Source: an uncultured Candidatus Saccharibacteria bacterium (GTDB lineage: Bacteria > Patescibacteriota > Minisyncoccia > Minisyncoccales > JANBVM01). Taken from it: a stretch of DNA of 41,725 nt. Under the pieces are notes generated by a model that ran no database searches, was not told where the DNA came from, and saw only the letters and a program-made list of their open reading frames with translations. The position numbers and the translations under genes are program-made. Below are positions 9,966-18,090 of this stretch, one piece after another. Each line of letters starts with the position of its first letter. The first letter of the stretch is position 1. The stretch spans positions 1 to 41,725 of the forward strand of contig CAZJSP010000001.1 in NCBI GenBank assembly GCA_964548875.1, in the 5' to 3' direction.

Positions 9966-11528
9966 TTACATCTGCTCAGGAGCGCTCACTTCCATTATTT
10001 TTAAACAATCTCTTAAAACGATCCTACTCCCTATCACTAAAGCTATTCTTGCTTTCTGTAATTCCTTGTCTTCAATTAAAACGTGGCAATCTCGATAAAA
10101 TTGACTAAAGGCCTTAGCTAAATCAACGGCATATTGAGGAATTCTCTGGATCTGATAATCTTGGCTGGTTTTCTCAATAATTTCAGGATAGCAAATTAGC
10201 TCTTTGATTAATCCTAGTTCAGAAGAGTGTTGGAGCTTAGAAAAATCAAGATTATTAATATTTTTTCCTGCTTTTTCTAAAATACTACACATTCGAGCAT
10301 GAGCATACTGAACATAGTAAACAGGATTCTTATCAGACTTTTCTTTAGCTAAATTTAAATCAAAATTTAAATGTTTATCAGCCGATCTTTGTAAAAAGAA
10401 AAATCTAGCCACATCAACTCCTACTTCTTCTAATAATTCATCAACTGTCACATAAGTTCCAGCCCTTTTAGACATTTTCATTTTTTCTTTGCCTTGAAAA
10501 AGAGTTACAAACTGCAAAATAAGAGTTTCTAGTTTACCCTTAAAACCAATTGCTTCTACCCCCGCCCCTAAACCAGGAACATCTCCATGATGATCTGATC
10601 CCCAAACATTAATAACCCTATCAAAACTCTTCTCTTTAAATTTATAATAATGATGAGCTATATCTCCAGCCAAATATGTTTTGTCTCCGTTACTTTTAAT
10701 TAAAACTCTGTCTCTTTTATCTCCAAACTGAGAAGACTTAAACCAAACAGCTCCATCTTTCTTAAAGGTTAATTTTTTTTCTTCCAAAAGTTTAATAATC
10801 TTATCTACTAGGCCCGACTCATAAAAATCTTTTTCTGAAGTCCATTCATCATATTTAATTCTCATTTTATTAGTTGTCTTCTTAATCATTTCCTCCAGAA
10901 TAATTTGAGCTGCTCTTTCTCCAGCCCTAAAAGGGTCTTTTTCTTTTATTCTCTGACTTAATTCTTCAATATAATCTCCTTTATAAGCCGCTTTTTCATT
11001 TTTTAAAACTGAATGCCCTAAGGCAAGAATTTGGTTACCGCAATCATTAACATAATAGGCCTTTTCTGTTTGATAGCCTGCTTTAATTAAAATATTAGCT
11101 AAAGTATCTCCTAAAAAACCGCCCCTTGCGTTTCCAATAGTTAAGGGTCCAGTTGGATTGGCTGAAATAAATTCAACTTGTACTTTTTCTTCTTTCTTCT
11201 GTAAAGAACCAAAATTATCTTTTTTATTTAAAATTTTATTAATTTGATTATGCAAATAATCAGGAGAAAGGAAAAAATTAACAAATCCAGGTTTCTTAAT
11301 TTCTATTTTTTCAAATAATTGACCTTTCTTAATTTCTGCAACTAAAGCTTGAGCTATTTCAAGAGGGTTCTGTTTAATCTGATTAGCTAAAGACATGGCC
11401 ACATTAGTGGCATAATCTCCATGAATTTCTTCTTGGGGATATTCAATCTCAATTTCAAAATTTTTTACTTCCGGAAAAGCTTTTTGAATTGCTTGTTCTA
11501 TTAGATTCTTAATTTTATTTTTGGTCAT
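9966..11528 (-). CDS. argS: Arginine--tRNA ligase
   Basis: 520 aa. It carries SANPTGPLTIGNARGG (HIGH region), MSKRAGT (KMSKS-like) and the C-terminal DALR anticodon-binding region. Confidence 0.9.
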   Translation of the reverse strand: MTKNKIKNLIEQAIQKAFPEVKNFEIEIEYPQEEIHGDYATNVAMSLANQIKQNPLEIAQALVAEIKKGQLFEKIEIKKPGFVNFFLSPDYLHNQINKILNKKDNFGSLQKKEEKVQVEFISANPTGPLTIGNARGGFLGDTLANILIKAGYQTEKAYYVNDCGNQILALGHSVLKNEKAAYKGDYIEELSQRIKEKDPFRAGERAAQIILEEMIKKTTNKMRIKYDEWTSEKDFYESGLVDKIIKLLEEKKLTFKKDGAVWFKSSQFGDKRDRVLIKSNGDKTYLAGDIAHHYYKFKEKSFDRVINVWGSDHHGDVPGLGAGVEAIGFKGKLETLILQFVTLFQGKEKMKMSKRAGTYVTVDELLEEVGVDVARFFFLQRSADKHLNFDLNLAKEKSDKNPVYYVQYAHARMCSILEKAGKNINNLDFSKLQHSSELGLIKELICYPEIIEKTSQDYQIQRIPQYAVDLAKAFSQFYRDCHVLIEDKELQKARIALVIGSRIVLRDCLKIMEVSAPEQM

Positions 11529-12789
11529 TTAATTCTTTAGCTCTTTTTATATTAATATTTTTCTCTTTAATCATTTGTTCAATAACTCTTTCTCTTTTAT
11601 TTTGATCTACTCTGGCCGATCTTGCAACATTTTCAGCCCAAACCTTTTTATGACCCTTTGAAATCCCTTCTGAAGCTAAAGCTCTTAAGGCGGCTAGGTT
11701 TTGAGCTAATCCAACAGCTGCTATTATTTCAGCAAGCTCTTGAGCTGTCTGAACGTTTAAGATCTTAAGAGAAATCTTAGATAAAGGATGAGAATTAATT
11801 ATTCCTCCAATAGTTCCAACTACAACTGGAACAATCATTTCTCCAACTAATCCTCTTTTATCTTTCTTCCAATCAACTAAAGGTTGGCCCTCTTTTTGAA
11901 AAGAATAACCATAAACTCCTGCTTCTAAAGCCCGCCAATCATTTCCAGTCGCTAAAGCTACCGCTCCCATTCCATTTAAAATCCCCTTATTGTTAGTTAC
12001 CGCTCTATAAATATCTTTTTTGCCAAGAGAATGAATTTGTAAAATATTCTCTATAACTTCCTCTGTTTGAAAACCCTTCTTTTGTAAGGCTTTTTCAGTA
12101 ATTAAAGCTTTAACTTTAACTAGTCTTCTATCCGCTAAATTAGAAACAATTTTTAAAACAGGTTTTTTCCCCGTTTTTTCTTGAATAAAGGAGGCCGCTT
12201 TTTCGCTAAAAGAGCTAGCAATATTAGCTCCCATTGCATCTTTAACATCTATAATTAAATGAATTCTTAAAGCAGAACCGATCTTTTCGCCCTCTATTAG
12301 TTTAACTTCTAAATCTTTAACCCCACCCCCTATCTTTCGTAAGGTTGAGTCTTCTTGATTGGTAGAATTAATAATCTCTTCTTTAATTTTTAAAATTTCT
12401 TGTTTAAAAGACAAAGAATCTTTTAATTGTGTAAAATAAATTTGCCCAATCATTAAATTTTCCAAACTTTCAGAATTAATCCCTCCTCCATCTCTAGTTA
12501 ATTTAGCTCCATAAGAAGCAGCTGCCACTACTGAGGGCTCTTCTGTTACCATCGGAATAAAATATTCCTTTTGGTTAATTAAAAAATTATTAGCTACTGA
12601 ATAAGGAAGAGAAAAAGAACCAATTACATTTTCAGAAATTGCATTTCTGTCTTCTTTTTTTAAAAAACCTTTTTCAATTAATAAAATTTCTTTATCATTT
12701 AAACCAGCAAAGGTTCTAATAATCTTTCTTTTTTCTTTTTCATTTAATTTAAAAAAACCAGAAATATTGCTTTGTTTTTTTATTTTCAT
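11515..12789 (-). CDS. mvaA: Hydroxymethylglutaryl-CoA reductase, class II
   Basis: 424 aa. The motifs EEPSVVAAASYGAKL, DVKDAMGANI, NNKGILNGMGAVALATGNDWRA and AAVGLAQNLAALRALASEGISKGH match class II HMGR as I recall it from the S. aureus and P. mevalonii enzymes. The 3' end overlaps the argS start by 14 nt. Confidence 0.85.
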   Translation of the reverse strand: MKIKKQSNISGFFKLNEKEKRKIIRTFAGLNDKEILLIEKGFLKKEDRNAISENVIGSFSLPYSVANNFLINQKEYFIPMVTEEPSVVAAASYGAKLTRDGGGINSESLENLMIGQIYFTQLKDSLSFKQEILKIKEEIINSTNQEDSTLRKIGGGVKDLEVKLIEGEKIGSALRIHLIIDVKDAMGANIASSFSEKAASFIQEKTGKKPVLKIVSNLADRRLVKVKALITEKALQKKGFQTEEVIENILQIHSLGKKDIYRAVTNNKGILNGMGAVALATGNDWRALEAGVYGYSFQKEGQPLVDWKKDKRGLVGEMIVPVVVGTIGGIINSHPLSKISLKILNVQTAQELAEIIAAVGLAQNLAALRALASEGISKGHKKVWAENVARSARVDQNKRERVIEQMIKEKNINIKRAKELNDQK

Positions 12790-12808
12790 TGAATATTATT
12801 TAATTTTC

Positions 12809-12837
12809 ATTCTATCCAATTTTCTCCTTAATATCAA
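12809..12837 (-). promoter_or_regulatory. Candidate sigma70-type promoter for the HMG-CoA reductase gene
   Basis: On the minus strand: TTGATA (12837..12832), a 17-nt spacer, then TAGAAT (12814..12809). It lies about 19 nt upstream of the ATG at 12789, directly after the terminator of the upstream small gene. Confidence 0.5.
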
Positions 12838-12875
12838 AATAATAAAAAGCAGCTCCATCAATTGGATGGAAGCTG
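12838..12875 (-). terminator. Rho-independent terminator of the 106-aa ORF
   Basis: On the minus strand: CAGCUUCCAUC-CAAUU-GAUGGAGCUG (10 bp with one bulge), followed by CUUUUUAUUAUUUU. The stop codon of the 106-aa ORF lies inside the stem. Confidence 0.6.
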
Positions 12876-13178
12876 TGTTTCAATAGTAACTTGAGGGATG
12901 CTTTCTTTGAAATCTTTAATCTCCTGACTCTCTTCTTTTAAAATAAGAAGGATTTTTTCTAAAGAATAATATATTTTATTCTTAAGAATAATTTTTAGAA
13001 ATGATAAACCTAAATGGATGTTTTTTGGATTAATAAAGACTTTTTCATCAAAAACCTCTACCTTTCTTAAATCTTTCTTGGAAAGATTAACAAATACAAC
13101 AACCATAGTCTTAACCTCTTGCTTAGGTTTTTCTTTTTCAAAGAATACCCACCGTCTGCTATTTATTATAGTTCTCAT
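12858..13178 (-). CDS. Hypothetical small protein
   Basis: 106 aa with no recognisable motif. It is supported only by context: it has its own terminator immediately at its stop and a separate promoter follows for the next gene. Confidence 0.45.
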   Translation of the reverse strand: MRTIINSRRWVFFEKEKPKQEVKTMVVVFVNLSKKDLRKVEVFDEKVFINPKNIHLGLSFLKIILKNKIYYSLEKILLILKEESQEIKDFKESIPQVTIETQLPSN

Positions 13179-13274
13179 AATAACTCATTGTTCAAGTGCT
13201 ATATTTATTTTAACACTTCCCAATATAATAACAATTATATTTTAGTTTATTATTCTTTCTGCTAATATAAAAAT

Positions 13275-13727
13275 ATGCCTATTTATAGTAAAAATAAAAA
13301 AGCTTATCATAACTATTTTGTCCTCGAAGAATTCGAGGCGGGTATTTCTTTGTTTGGTCATGAAGTAAAGGCAATTAAAAATCATAGAATTAGCATTAAA
13401 GGATCTTATGTCAGCATTAAAAACGGAGAAGCCTATTTAATTGGAGCAACAATTCCTCCCTATCAACCTAAAAATACTCCCCGTAATTACAATGAAAAAA
13501 GAGAAAGAAAATTACTTCTAAAGAAAAGGGAGATACAATATTTGGCCAGTAAAATAGAAAAGAAAGGGTTGACAATAGCCCCTTTAAAGGTCTATAGTGT
13601 AGAAGGAAAAGTTAAGATTAAAATTGGATTAGTAAAGGGAAAAAGGAAATTTGACAAAAAAGCTAAAATAAAGAAAGAAGAAACAGAAAGAGCAATGAAA
13701 AGACAAATGAAAGCATTTAATAAGTAA
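13275..13727 (+). CDS. smpB: SsrA-binding protein SmpB
   Basis: 150 aa. It has the typical N-terminus (NKKAYHNYFVLEEFEAGISLFGHEVKAIK) and a basic C-terminal tail, and tmRNA follows 9 nt downstream. Confidence 0.9.
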   Translation: MPIYSKNKKAYHNYFVLEEFEAGISLFGHEVKAIKNHRISIKGSYVSIKNGEAYLIGATIPPYQPKNTPRNYNEKRERKLLLKKREIQYLASKIEKKGLTIAPLKVYSVEGKVKIKIGLVKGKRKFDKKAKIKKEETERAMKRQMKAFNK

Positions 13728-13736
13728 GTTGTCTTT

Positions 13737-14087
13737 GGGGATGCAATTAAGCTTCGACAAAGATTTAACTGGAATAAGGCAAGTCGAGTATTCTCTAATC
13801 TCGTAAAACTTGGAGAAACACAAATAATTGCTAAAAATAAATTATTTGAACCCGCATTGGCTTTAGCCTAATGCCGCTTATCCTATTGATTCTCGATAAA
13901 TAGGAATAGGCGTCATACATCGAGATAGATTTTTCGCTTGGTTTGATGAAAAATTGAAATAATAAAACCACAATATAGAAAGATTTTGCTCAATTTTACT
14001 TTCTATTATTACCCAATTGAGCTATACTTGTAGAATTGTTTTAGATTAAATTTTTGGACAAGGGGGCAGAACCCTTCATCTCCACCA
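13737..14087 (+). ncRNA. ssrA: tmRNA (SsrA), about 351 nt
   Basis: The 5' end GGGGATGCAATTAAGCTTCGAC pairs with the 3' end ...CATCTCCACCA. The acceptor stem is GGGGATG/CATCTCC with the G3:U wobble that specifies alanine, followed by a terminal CCA. A T-arm-like GGACAAGGGGGCAGAACCCTT is present. The tag reading frame GCT AAA AAT AAA TTA TTT GAA CCC GCA TTG GCT TTA GCC TAA (13830..13871) encodes AKNKLFEPALALA, and the stop codon sits in a helix (GCATTGGC/GCCTAATGC). Confidence 0.85.
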
Positions 14088-14101
14088 TAAATTAAAAAAA
14101 A

Positions 14102-14608
14102 TTGCCTAAGAAAAAAATAAGAGCAAACAATCAAATAAGAGCCAGTAAGGTTAGAGTTATCGGCCAGGATGGAAAACAAATAGGAATTTTTCCAATAAAA
14201 GAGGCTTTAAAGAAAGCAAAGGAAAAAGGTCTTGATTTAGTTCAAATTACAGATAAGGCTACCCCTCCTGTCTGCAAAATAACAGAATATGGGAAATATT
14301 TATATAATATTCAGAAAAAAGAGAAGACTCAGAAAGGGAGCGAAACAAAAGGAATAAGGTTAAGATTTAATATTTCTGATCATGATATGGATGTCAGAAT
14401 TAAAAAAGCAGTTAAATTTTTAAAAGAAGGAAACAAAATAAAAGTAGATATGGTTTTAAGGGGAAGAGAAAGAAGATTATCTGATTTTGCTAAAGATAAA
14501 GTTAATCAATTTTTAGAAAAATTAAGCAATGAAGTTCCCATTAAAAAAGAAGGAAAATTAAGTAAAAGCCACCGAGGGTTTTCAATTATAGTAGTTAAAT
14601 CAAATTAA
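14102..14608 (+). CDS. infC: Translation initiation factor IF-3
   Basis: 168 aa. It has the IF-3 N- and C-domain signatures (IRASKVRVIGQDGKQIGIF..., DLVQI...PPVCKI). It uses a non-ATG start (TTG at 14102), which is consistent with the known non-canonical start used for infC autoregulation. Confidence 0.9.
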   Translation: MPKKKIRANNQIRASKVRVIGQDGKQIGIFPIKEALKKAKEKGLDLVQITDKATPPVCKITEYGKYLYNIQKKEKTQKGSETKGIRLRFNISDHDMDVRIKKAVKFLKEGNKIKVDMVLRGRERRLSDFAKDKVNQFLEKLSNEVPIKKEGKLSKSHRGFSIIVVKSN

Positions 14609-14611
14609 AAT

Positions 14612-14803
14612 ATGCCAGCTAAAACAAGAAAAGCAATTAAAAAAAGATTTAAAATTACCAAGTCTGGTAAGGTTCTTAGACGTCAATCAGGATTAAATCA
14701 TTTCCGAGCTAAGAAAAGCGGAAAATACAAAAGAAAAAAAAGAAAACTAGTAGAAGTATCAAAACCTGAAGCTAAATTAATAAAGAAACTATTAAAATAC
14801 TAA
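14612..14803 (+). CDS. rpmI: 50S ribosomal protein L35
   Basis: 63 aa and basic (MPAKTRKAIKKRFKITKSGKVLRRQSG). It sits in the canonical infC-rpmI-rplT order. Confidence 0.9.
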   Translation: MPAKTRKAIKKRFKITKSGKVLRRQSGLNHFRAKKSGKYKRKKRKLVEVSKPEAKLIKKLLKY

Positions 14804-14804
14804 A

Positions 14805-15164
14805 ATGACAAGAGTAAAAGGAAGTTCAACCACAAAAAAAAGAAAGAAAAAGGTAATTAAGCAGGCAAAGGGTTATAAGTGGGGTAGAAATTCTAAATTC
14901 AAATTAGCGAAAGATGCCTTACGCCATGCCTGGACTCATGCCTTCCAAGACCGAAGAAAAAAGAAAAGAAAATTTAGAGCTGCCTGGCAAGTCCAGATTA
15001 ATGCTGCCTCTAGAAAACACGGTCTTTCCTACAGCAAACTTATTCACGGACTAAAAAAGAGTAAAATAGAAATCAATAGAAAAATGCTAGCCGAGCTAGC
15101 AATTAATCATCCTGAAATATTCCAGGAAATAGTAGAAAAGGCAAAAACAAGCCTTAAAGCTTAA
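14805..15164 (+). CDS. rplT: 50S ribosomal protein L20
   Basis: 119 aa containing KGYKWGRNSKFKLAKDALRHAWTHAFQDRRKKKRKFRAAWQVQINAA, which is typical of L20. Confidence 0.95.
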   Translation: MTRVKGSSTTKKRKKKVIKQAKGYKWGRNSKFKLAKDALRHAWTHAFQDRRKKKRKFRAAWQVQINAASRKHGLSYSKLIHGLKKSKIEINRKMLAELAINHPEIFQEIVEKAKTSLKA

Positions 15165-15570
15165 GAAATTCATGAGCTTTTTTTAAAACCTTTTTTGTTT
15201 GATCAAAGGTTATTTTTTCTATAGCCTGATGATAAGAAAGCCATCTAAAATCTCTATGCTCCTCAGAAAGATGAATTTCATCTTTTTTTGTTTTGGCTAA
15301 AAGAATATGGTTAATTTTAAATATTTTTTTCCCATCTCTTTCAAAAAAATATTCTGTTTTTTCTTTAAAGCCATCAATAAACTTTAAATCACTTATTCCT
15401 GTTTCTTCCCCGGTTTCTCTTATAATTGTTTTCTTAAAGGTTTCCCCTCCTTCAATATGGCCTTTCACTAGCCCCCAATGACCAGCATTGTAATGTAAGA
15501 TAAGGTAATAAATATTACTCTCTTCTTTTTTAAAAATAATTGCTCCTGCTGAACTTTCAATCGGTATCAT
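15154..15570 (-). CDS. Nudix hydrolase (Ap4A-hydrolase-like, short form)
   Basis: 138 aa with a canonical Nudix box, GHIEGGETFKKTIIRETGEETGI (G-x5-E-x7-REUxEExGU). The 3' end overlaps the rplT 3' end by 11 nt in convergent orientation. Confidence 0.85.
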   Translation of the reverse strand: MIPIESSAGAIIFKKEESNIYYLILHYNAGHWGLVKGHIEGGETFKKTIIRETGEETGISDLKFIDGFKEKTEYFFERDGKKIFKINHILLAKTKKDEIHLSEEHRDFRWLSYHQAIEKITFDQTKKVLKKAHEFLKL

Positions 15571-16543
15571 AAAAATATTTCTTTAAAAAAGAACCTCCTA
15601 TTCTGAAAAACAAAACAAAACCCAATAAGGAAATTAAAACTCCTGCCCCTCTTAAAAGCATTGCAAAAGCAACAGCGGAAGACGATTTTAATCCCAAAGA
15701 ACTAAAAACAAAAATTTGAATTGCTTCATGAGTCCCCAAACTAGCGGGCAAAGGAATAACAACGATTAAATAGGTAAACCCTAAAATAAAGAGGGCAGCT
15801 AAAAAAGAAATTTTAATCTCCAAGAAGAACATTAAAAGCCAAATTGTTATGACCATAATTAAGTCTTTTACCGCCGAGATTAAAAAAGGTTTTATCATTT
15901 TTCTTCCAGGCAAATTAAAAAAACCAAAAACATCTTTTTCTATTTCTTGGGAGGCAACTCTCATGTCACTGTTAAGAAATCGATAAAAAATTCTAACAAT
16001 ACTGCTCTTGTTAAAAACCTTAAAGTAAAAAACAGCCAAACAAATAGTAAAGAATCCAAAGAACCAACTAATATTAATTAATAAGTCATGGGGAATAGCG
16101 TTGGTTTGATAAAAAAACAAGAAAACACTTACCACAATAATAATAATATTAACTGTCCAACCAACAATTCTATCAATTACAATTGATGAACTAATTTTAG
16201 TAACTAAATAATCTTTTTTTCTTTTTAAAAAATAACCCCTAAAAAACTCAGTTAAACCAAATAAGGCGGGAAAAAGAAAATTAATAGCAAAAGCAATAAT
16301 TCCAAGCTGAGAACTATCTTTAAAAGATATCTTCTTTTTTTGAGTTTTTAAAATTTCTTTCCATCTATAACCCTCTAAAATAGGAACCAATAAGTAAATC
16401 AAGAAAAGAGTAGCAATCTGCCAGACATGAATAGCGGAAAAAATAGATTGAATTTCTTCCCAACCAACAGTTTGAATAATCCAAGAAAAAATGACCCCTC
16501 CAAAAATAAAAGATAAAACTAATAATAGAAATTTCTTTATCAT
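15557..16543 (-). CDS. Flippase-like membrane protein (lysyl-phosphatidylglycerol synthase TM-region / UPF0104 family)
   Basis: 328 aa with about 8 predicted TM helices. The N-terminal pattern (...W..I.......W...LL...) and overall topology resemble LPG_synthase_TM family proteins. The family call is tentative. Confidence 0.55.
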   Translation of the reverse strand: MIKKFLLLVLSFIFGGVIFSWIIQTVGWEEIQSIFSAIHVWQIATLFLIYLLVPILEGYRWKEILKTQKKKISFKDSSQLGIIAFAINFLFPALFGLTEFFRGYFLKRKKDYLVTKISSSIVIDRIVGWTVNIIIIVVSVFLFFYQTNAIPHDLLINISWFFGFFTICLAVFYFKVFNKSSIVRIFYRFLNSDMRVASQEIEKDVFGFFNLPGRKMIKPFLISAVKDLIMVITIWLLMFFLEIKISFLAALFILGFTYLIVVIPLPASLGTHEAIQIFVFSSLGLKSSSAVAFAMLLRGAGVLISLLGFVLFFRIGGSFLKKYFYDTD

Positions 16544-16549
16544 AAAAGT

Positions 16550-17560
16550 TTAAATTATCTTAACACCCTCTACTCCAATATTACCAATCAACGAATTATA
16601 ACCTTTTTTTAAAAAAATTTCTTGCATCCTCTTCAACTCCTCTTCTTTAGTTAAAACCAAACAACATCCTCCTCCCCATCCTCCTGTTGGTTTTGCTCCT
16701 AAAGCTCTATTATCCAAGGCAATTTCTATGATTTCATCAAGCTTGTCTGTAGAAAGATCAAGTTTGCTAAGCTCCCAATAATATTTATTCATTAATTTTC
16801 CCAACTCAATAAACTTCTTATTCCTTAATTCATTTAAGGCTCTTTTAGATAAATCATCTAAATTATCTAAAACAAAATTAACGGTCTGAGCAAATTTCTT
16901 CTTTTTTTCTCTTAAATAAGAAACCATTTCCCCTGTCTGGGCATCTTCACCACTATCAACAATTAAAAGAGGAATGCGAAAATCAATATCTAAAATTTTA
17001 ATGCCTTTTGATTTTTGATATTGCAAATATCCTCCGTAAGTCACAATGTTATTATCTATTCCTGAGGGAGTTCCACCATGAGCAATAATATCTCCCAAAT
17101 AAGCGAAATTAGAAATTTGATCTTTAGATAACCCTTTTTCAAGAGCCGTTGTTACGGATAGAGCCAGAGAAGCAAAAACCGCAGAACTAGAACCTAAGTT
17201 TTTAGGGATTTCTGATTCAATTTCAATTTTTAGTCCCTGAAAACCATATTTATTTAAAATACTAGCAACAACAAAAAAACTAGGAGCAAGAAAATTATCC
17301 TTACTTAACTTGTTAATGCTATTAAAATCATCTTTTTTAATAAAACCCCTTATTTCTTTTAAAAATAAAAACAAATCTTCCTGATCAAAAGATTTGTGAA
17401 TCTTTAAACTATTACAGCCAATACTAATATGGTCTTCATCAGTTAAAGAAGTTCGAACCCTACATCTTTTATCGAAAGTGCAAGCAATTCCTAGTTTATC
17501 ATAAACAACAGCATGCTCGCCAAATAAAATGACTTTACCAGGAGCAGAAGCGGTAACCAT
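16550..17560 (-). CDS. mvk: Mevalonate kinase (GHMP kinase family)
   Basis: 336 aa. It has the N-terminal APGKVILFGEHAVVY, GHMP motif II (PKNLGSSSAVFASLA) and the C-terminal KPTGGWGGGC. Confidence 0.8.
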   Translation of the reverse strand: MVTASAPGKVILFGEHAVVYDKLGIACTFDKRCRVRTSLTDEDHISIGCNSLKIHKSFDQEDLFLFLKEIRGFIKKDDFNSINKLSKDNFLAPSFFVVASILNKYGFQGLKIEIESEIPKNLGSSSAVFASLALSVTTALEKGLSKDQISNFAYLGDIIAHGGTPSGIDNNIVTYGGYLQYQKSKGIKILDIDFRIPLLIVDSGEDAQTGEMVSYLREKKKKFAQTVNFVLDNLDDLSKRALNELRNKKFIELGKLMNKYYWELSKLDLSTDKLDEIIEIALDNRALGAKPTGGWGGGCCLVLTKEEELKRMQEIFLKKGYNSLIGNIGVEGVKII

Positions 17561-17570
17561 TTGGATTTAT

Positions 17571-17825
17571 TTAGATTTTATAAATCTTATAGCCCTCTCT
17601 TACCTTTTGCTCAAACTTCAAACCAACTGCATCTCCTTTCTTCGCTTTTTCAATCTTCTCTTTATCTTGTTCCATTGATTCAACCACTTGATCAAATTCT
17701 TTCTCTCCTCCTATTATTCTAATCTTATCTCCCACTTTTAATTTATCAAACAACTTAATAACTCCTACTTTTAAGTTGCCATAAAAATGGGTTACTTCTC
17801 CTATTTTTTTACCTTGTTTAGGCAT
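17571..17825 (-). CDS. Small EF-Tu-domain-2-like beta-barrel protein
   Basis: 84 aa. The pattern IGEVTHFYGNLKVGVIKL...LKVGDKIRIIG...KGDAVGLKF resembles stand-alone translation-factor domain II barrels. It is the first gene of the mevalonate-kinase operon. Confidence 0.5.
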   Translation of the reverse strand: MPKQGKKIGEVTHFYGNLKVGVIKLFDKLKVGDKIRIIGGEKEFDQVVESMEQDKEKIEKAKKGDAVGLKFEQKVREGYKIYKI

Positions 17826-17880
17826 AAAATGAAAATTAATTAATATTAGTTATATTTTAATATTTAGAGACAGAAAATCA

Positions 17881-17920
17881 AATAAAAAACTAAAAGACAG
17901 GAAGTAAAACGTCCTGTCTT
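17881..17920 (-). terminator. Rho-independent terminator (possible attenuator) upstream of the mvk operon
   Basis: On the minus strand: AAGACAGGA-CGUUUUACU-UCCUGUCUU (9 bp), followed by UUAGUUUUUUAUUU. Confidence 0.65.
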
Positions 17921-18044
17921 AAAGCGAGAAAGAGATAATTCTCACAAAATTGACATAAGTTCGAATTCATTTCTGAAGAATTCCTTATCTCTCCTTTGCT
18001 CAAATTATCCTGTTAACAGAAAAAATTCTGCACCCTCTCAATGC
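17921..18044 (-). ncRNA. Candidate structured leader RNA or small RNA of unknown class
   Basis: The element is bounded by a perfect promoter (18050..18078) and the terminator (17881..17920). It contains a 5' hairpin, CAGAA-UUUU-UUCUG (18017..18030). It also contains a long imperfect stem in which 17977..18001 pairs with 17922..17942 (about 18 bp); two of those pairs are G.U and form only on the minus strand. There is no ORF of 60 aa or more. Confidence 0.45.
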
Positions 18045-18049
18045 TCTTA

Positions 18050-18078
18050 ATTATACACGAAATAAATATTTTTGTCAA
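18050..18078 (-). promoter_or_regulatory. Consensus sigma70-type promoter
   Basis: On the minus strand: TTGACA (18078..18073), exactly 17 nt (AAAATATTTATTTCGTG), then TATAAT (18055..18050). It lies 12 nt downstream of the Trm9-like stop codon. The predicted TSS is about 18042..18044. Confidence 0.65.
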
Positions 18079-18090
18079 AAAAACAAATTG

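Noticed and set aside
15154-15570. The Nudix protein in the mvk operon as a type-1 IPP isomerase (IDI-1 belongs to the Nudix superfamily).
   Set aside because: It has a fully canonical hydrolase Nudix box and the short (138 aa) Ap4A-hydrolase-like layout. I could not identify the longer IDI-1 architecture or its characteristic Cys/Glu active-site context.
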